Part shown: positions 18,174 through 22,324 of the stretch, piece by piece
Position numbering within the stretch: the first letter of the stretch is position 1
Layout: each line of letters opens with the position of its first letter
Origin: Thainema sp.
GTDB lineage: Bacteria > Cyanobacteriota > Cyanobacteriia > Phormidesmidales > Phormidesmidaceae
DNA length: 22,324 nt
Direction: 5' to 3'
Assembly: GCA_052168235.1 (NCBI GenBank)
Contig: JBQLZK010000091.1
Location: 1-22,324, forward strand
Notes under the pieces: model-generated
The model's database searches: none
Seen by the model: the letters and a program-made list of their open reading frames with translations, nothing else
What the model was told of the DNA's origin: nothing
Translations under genes and position numbers: made by a program

Positions 18174-19121
18174 ATGGCAGCAGAAGCATTGGGTTGGTGG
18201 GGCGTCCCCCTGGGCATTTTGGCCGGAACACTGCGCGGCAGTGCGCCGTTTTTATTCGTTAGCTTAGGAGAATGCCTGACCGAGAAAAGCGGCAAGATTA
18301 ACCTGGGTCTAGAAGGCGTGTTGCTGACCGGGGCCATGAGCGCTTACGGCATCTCCTACTTGACACAGGGCATTGTGGGAGCAGAGCTGGCACCCTGGCT
18401 CGGCGTGCTCGTGGCAGGCATTTCGGGTATGCTGCTAGGCTGCATTCACGGTTGGCTGTCACAGCAGCCACGGGTGAATGATGTCGCCGTGGGCATCGCC
18501 ATGATCATCTTCGGCAGCGGCGTCGCCTTCTTCTTGGGCAAACCGTTTATTCAACCCCAAGCGCCTCAGTTACAGACGATTGATATTGGCGGCTGGATCA
18601 GCATTCCCCAGGTGCAGTCAGCCCTCCAGCTCAGTCCCTTGTTTTTGATTGGCGTGGCCGTGGCTCCAATTATGCAGTGGTTCTTTCGGTCAACCCGCTG
18701 GGGCTTGTATGTTCGTGCCGTCGGCGACAGCCCGGAAGCCGCGCGGGCAATGGGCATTTCGATTTTCAAGGTGAGAATGCTCAGCATCGTGGCTGGCAGC
18801 TTCCTAGCGGCAATGGGTGGAGCCTGCCTCTCGCTCTACTATCCCGGCGTTTGGACAGAGCGGATTTCCAGCGGTCAAGGCTTAATGGCGGTTGCACTGG
18901 TGATTTTTGCTAAGTGGAACCCGATTCAGTGTCTCTGGGCCTCGCTGCTGTTTGGCGGTGCGCAGTCGATTGGGCCAGCGTTTCAGTCCGTTGGTATCGA
19001 CGCGTTTTACTACCTGTTTAATGCAGCGCCCTATGTACTGACGCTGATCATTATGATCATCACCTGCTCACCCAAGCGAACCCTAGTTGGCGCGCCAGGG
19101 GCACTGGGTCAATCAGATTAG
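18174..19121 (+). CDS. ABC transporter permease (BPD_transp_2)
   Basis: LGECLTEKSGKINLGLEG..RAVGDSPEAARAMG..GQGLMAVALVIFAKWNP..PYVLT. Confidence 0.92.
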   Translation: MAAEALGWWGVPLGILAGTLRGSAPFLFVSLGECLTEKSGKINLGLEGVLLTGAMSAYGISYLTQGIVGAELAPWLGVLVAGISGMLLGCIHGWLSQQPRVNDVAVGIAMIIFGSGVAFFLGKPFIQPQAPQLQTIDIGGWISIPQVQSALQLSPLFLIGVAVAPIMQWFFRSTRWGLYVRAVGDSPEAARAMGISIFKVRMLSIVAGSFLAAMGGACLSLYYPGVWTERISSGQGLMAVALVIFAKWNPIQCLWASLLFGGAQSIGPAFQSVGIDAFYYLFNAAPYVLTLIIMIITCSPKRTLVGAPGALGQSD

Positions 19122-19125
19122 CGAT

Positions 19126-19839
19126 TTAGTTTTCACTGCTCGTTTTAGCTTGTCCATAGGGACATAAATCCAAAACTACACAGCGATCGCAGTTGGGATT
19201 TTTGTAGTAGCAGCACCGCTGACCGTGCAGCATCATCACTTCGTGATGGTCGTAGACCTGTTGGGCGTCCCACTCATCGGGCAAGAGCGCTTCGAGTCGA
19301 GCGTGGGATGGCCCAACGGACAGGGTTTGAGGAATCAGTCCCAACCGTTGGGCAACTCGGTGATGGTGGCTATCAACTGGTAGTGCCCGACGCCGCAGCC
19401 GACTGAAGCACAGCACCGCTGCGCCCGTCTTTGGCCCCACTCCGGGCAGTTTCTCTAGCCAAGCGCGGGCTTCGGGAACCGACATATCCTTGAGAAAATC
19501 GAGCGACCATTCACCATTGGTCAATTCGCTGACTAACCGCAGCACTTGCTGAATACGCGGAGCTTTTTGCTCCGGCCAAGTGCAGGGTGCGATCGCATGT
19601 TCAATATCTGCCGTGGGTGCATCCCGTACCGCGTCCCAGGTCGAAAACTGCTCAGTTAACTGCTTAAATGCCCGCCCGGAATCGCGATTTTTGGTGCGGT
19701 GAGACAGCAGCGATGAAACCAACTCACTCAGCGGATCGAGCGTATGAAAGTACGAAATGGGGCATCCATATTCCGCGCAGAGTAAATCGTGAACTGCGAT
19801 CGCTTTTCGCTGCAAGTCTAAATCAATCGATTGGGACAT
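19126..19839 (-). CDS. Endonuclease III-like HhH-GPD DNA glycosylase with 4Fe-4S motif
   Basis: DPLSELVSSLLSHRT, HhH LEKLPGVGPKTGA, LPVDSH, and C-terminal CCYYKNPNCDRCVVLDLC. AAGGA before ATG 19839. Confidence 0.9.
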   Translation of the reverse strand: MSQSIDLDLQRKAIAVHDLLCAEYGCPISYFHTLDPLSELVSSLLSHRTKNRDSGRAFKQLTEQFSTWDAVRDAPTADIEHAIAPCTWPEQKAPRIQQVLRLVSELTNGEWSLDFLKDMSVPEARAWLEKLPGVGPKTGAAVLCFSRLRRRALPVDSHHHRVAQRLGLIPQTLSVGPSHARLEALLPDEWDAQQVYDHHEVMMLHGQRCCYYKNPNCDRCVVLDLCPYGQAKTSSEN

Positions 19840-19852
19840 CAAACTGTATTCC

Positions 19853-20404
19853 TTACTCTTGCCAATGTTTGGGATCATTGAGCACGTTAGCGCACATCAC
19901 TTGTCCACTTACCTGTCCCAGGATGCCTGGGCGGAGTTCCTGCACCATCCAGGCATCAGCATGTTCAGGTGGGATAGGATGTGGTGCGTCGAACCCCTTT
20001 ACGCCAGCAGGTGAAAAGCCATACTTCGGGTAATAGTCCGGATAGCCCAGGACGAATACCAATTCTGTGCCTGCTGATTGCAACTGCTTGAGTCCGGCTT
20101 GGATTAGTTGACCGCCAATTCCCTGATTTTGGTGGTCTGGGTGTACCGCTAACGGCGCAAGGATGGCTGAAGAGACTGCCCGCTGAGCCTGTTTGATGGT
20201 TGTGTTGGTGAATAGAATATGCCCAACAACGCGATCGTCAATCGTTGCGACTAGCGACACCAAGGGATAGGCACTTGGATCGCCCAATAAATCAGTGATT
20301 AAATCGGCAATTTCTGGCCCTTGCCCATCTCCAAATGCCGCAATGACAACCTGTGTGATGGCTTGTTGATCGGATTGGTGTGCCTCACGCACCTGGAATT
20401 TCAT
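19853..20404 (-). CDS. GNAT family N-acetyltransferase (YhbS-like)
   Basis: VVGHILF..LAPLAVHPDHQNQGIGGQLI..VFVLGYPDYYPKYGF. Confidence 0.92.
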   Translation of the reverse strand: MKFQVREAHQSDQQAITQVVIAAFGDGQGPEIADLITDLLGDPSAYPLVSLVATIDDRVVGHILFTNTTIKQAQRAVSSAILAPLAVHPDHQNQGIGGQLIQAGLKQLQSAGTELVFVLGYPDYYPKYGFSPAGVKGFDAPHPIPPEHADAWMVQELRPGILGQVSGQVMCANVLNDPKHWQE

Positions 20405-20421
20405 AATGGGCTGCCTTTAGT

Positions 20422-20495
20422 GACTAACGACGAAAACTCAGCCGACTGCGATCGCAAAGCAGTTTTGGGGTGGGCTGGAGTGCATTATATTCGAT
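20422..20495 (-). mobile_element. attC-like integron cassette recombination site (degenerate R'' end)
   Basis: Minus strand: ATCGAAT-ataatgc-ACTCCAGCC-cac..ACTGC-loop-GCAGT-c-GGCTGAGT-tttcgtc-GTTAGTC. It has a GTTRR core, an L''/L' pair with one extra unpaired C, and lies between the arr stop and the GNAT start. Confidence 0.6.
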
Positions 20496-20507
20496 GGACG
20501 AGTGGAC

Positions 20508-20924
20508 TCAATCTTCAATCGCCTCAATCCCAAGTTGCTTCAGTCGTTCAAGGTTGTCCTGCATGGCTTTGAGCTGTTCGGGGGAGTGCTCTTGCCAATC
20601 CGTGACCTCGCCCGTGACCCGCAGCGGATCGCGAGAGCGGTATGACTTCGTCGGATTGCCGGGATACTTCTTATCTGTCAGATTCGGGTCATCTTCAATC
20701 GGGCCAGTCGGTTCCACGATGTAGATTCTGCCGGAGCCTTCGCCGAGAGCCAGTTCAGCTCCCCAGATAGCTGCATCCAAAGTTGCAGTCAGATAGACGT
20801 AGGCCGCTTTCTTCCGCTTACCGTAGTTAGAGTTATAGCCGGGTATGATCAGGTCTCCCGACTTCAAGTCGGCCTTCGTACCGTGATAGAAACGCTGCGA
20901 ATTCAAGTCATCGGTGGCTGCCAC
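20508..20924 (-). CDS. arr: NAD(+)--rifampin ADP-ribosyltransferase
   Basis: FYHGTKADL..GDLI..SNY..YVYLTATLDAAIWGAELA..GRIYIVEPTGPIEDDPNLTDKKYPGNPTKSYRS, the Arr signature with H, Y and D catalytic residues. AAGGAG before the GTG start. Confidence 0.95.
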   Translation of the reverse strand: MAATDDLNSQRFYHGTKADLKSGDLIIPGYNSNYGKRKKAAYVYLTATLDAAIWGAELALGEGSGRIYIVEPTGPIEDDPNLTDKKYPGNPTKSYRSRDPLRVTGEVTDWQEHSPEQLKAMQDNLERLKQLGIEAIED

Positions 20925-21123
20925 TGGCTCGCTCCTTATAATATTCGGTTTGATGCTGTCCTCTGTTTACAAGCCTCACGCTAGCCTCGATATGGAGTAG
21001 GTTGACCTAACAAGTCCCATCTTGCTTGCTCGATCCATAAATCTGGTGCGTTCCTAGGAATTCATCAGTGGAGTAAATAAGGGGTGTACGGGAAACGCAT
21101 CTTATAAGATTGCACTGCGGTTT

Positions 21124-22324
21124 TTACAGTACATCCTGGAATAGTAAATCAGAAAGTACTGACGGAGCTAACCAAATTCCAGATTCCGCCTTTACGTAGG
21201 TTCGGCAGAGAGAGATTATCTTTTTATCTACCCCTAGTTTTATCGATTGCCGATCAATTTCTGTTAAAGCTTCAAGAGCATTACCGCTATATCCATAGGT
21301 TGCCAAATATAATCCCCCATCTCGATTTTCACGCGCAACAACACTAACAAAATCGCTGATATATCGCTTGCCAACACGCTGCCCTGAACGCCAGTGCTTA
21401 ATTTCTACAACATAGCTCTGCTTGTTACCTTGAATAATGCATTCTAAGATTAAATCTTTACCACCATCTTTACTTGAAGGCGTGAGAGTTACATCAAAGC
21501 CTAAACCTTGAAAGACTTCTGCAAGCATTCTTTCCATCTGTCGCCATTCTAAATCTTCAAGTCCTTGGGGGTCATTCGCAACAAGACGAGCAAGTTGTTT
21601 GGATAAATTTGTGATAGCAGCAACGATTGGAGAGTGCTTTGTTTTATTATCTGACTCAGCAAGCGTTGAATCTATCCAATCCCAAAGTTCCTGATAAGTT
21701 ACATCTGGATAAACTTTGTGAATTGATGTAAGAATTTTTCTTTTTAATTTATTTCTGGCTTCTGACGCTCCCGTAAGCCCTTCTACTTGAGCTAGATGAT
21801 ACTCATAATCAGAAAGAGCATGAAGCAATGCATTAATAGTGATTCTATGTAGGAATTCAGGATCAAGCTTTCTGAAGTCTTGATATATGAGTTTTTCATA
21901 TTCTCCCCGGCTTGACCAGAGATCGTTATAGTTATCAATTGCAAACTTAAAGAGTTGATTTTCTGAGTATTTCGGGACTTCAACTGCCAATGAATCAACC
22001 CACTCCATCAACAATGATCGCCGTTGTTTATGCTGTTCAATAGCACGTTTGCTAAAGTCTTTACGGCGATTATCATGCTTGGTCTTCCACGCTATAAATT
22101 CTGTTTTTTTTTCTGCCTTATCAACTGTGGTCACACGCCACAATTGCATTGGAGGGCCGGAAAGATAATGAGGATTTTTCCGAGTTTCTTCAGGTGCCCC
22201 TAAAAATCTCTTAATTGCACCATCAGTCCAACCGCGCTCTTTAATAGCGGCTTTAGTTAGCCAATCCTCTTTATAGCGATTCCTGAATGGGCAAGGTACG
22301 ATCAATGTAGAGGAAAAGCCACAC
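21124..22324 (-). CDS. Mrr-type (PD-(D/E)xK) restriction endonuclease domain protein with uncharacterised N-terminal domain; 5'-truncated by the window edge
   Basis: C-terminal LEWRQMERMLAEVFQGLGFDVTLTPSSKDGGKDL..VVEIKHW..VG..GLYLATYGYS. The frame remains open past TTG 22305 to the end of the window. Visibly AT-rich. Confidence 0.8.
   Translation of the reverse strand, partial: CGFSSTLIVPCPFRNRYKEDWLTKAAIKERGWTDGAIKRFLGAPEETRKNPHYLSGPPMQLWRVTTVDKAEKKTEFIAWKTKHDNRRKDFSKRAIEQHKQRRSLLMEWVDSLAVEVPKYSENQLFKFAIDNYNDLWSSRGEYEKLIYQDFRKLDPEFLHRITINALLHALSDYEYHLAQVEGLTGASEARNKLKRKILTSIHKVYPDVTYQELWDWIDSTLAESDNKTKHSPIVAAITNLSKQLARLVANDPQGLEDLEWRQMERMLAEVFQGLGFDVTLTPSSKDGGKDLILECIIQGNKQSYVVEIKHWRSGQRVGKRYISDFVSVVARENRDGGLYLATYGYSGNALEALTEIDRQSIKLGVDKKIISLCRTYVKAESGIWLAPSVLSDLLFQDVL

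Noticed and set aside
19840..19878. attC after the GNAT gene, and a longer start for the glycosylase
   Set aside because: Only 13 nt separate the genes and no RYYYAAC or palindrome is present; the upstream ATG overlaps the GNAT CDS while ATG 19839 has its own RBS.
19126..22324. Integrase, transposase or prophage genes
   Set aside because: No tyrosine recombinase, DDE/HUH transposase or phage structural ORF is visible, so a complete integron cannot be claimed from this window.

Overview
Cyanobacterial chromosomal window, as shown by about 28 HIP1 GCGATCGC octamers counted by eye, a light-dependent protochlorophyllide reductase and several cyanobacteria-typical families. Bases 1-19.1 kb are mostly core or housekeeping genes: TonB-C-like protein, DUF1565/beta-helix/SLH surface protein, DUF1818, hisA, por, HetZ-related protein, sugar transferase, ssb, phosphodiester glycosidase, YtxH/DUF948, TPM protein, DUF928 coupled to an MscS-cNMP channel, and a BMP-family ABC importer with no ATPase gene. 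These are interspersed with long near-perfect palindromes and short tandem repeats. The last 3.2 kb is a co-oriented minus-strand accessory block: an AT-rich Mrr-type endonuclease fusion (5' end beyond the window), rifampin ADP-ribosyltransferase arr, a GNAT and an endonuclease III-like glycosylase. The most notable signal is an attC-like (integron cassette recombination site-like) imperfect palindrome between arr and the GNAT gene, suggesting a decayed integron cassette array in a cyanobacterium. All calls come from reading the sequence; no searches were run.
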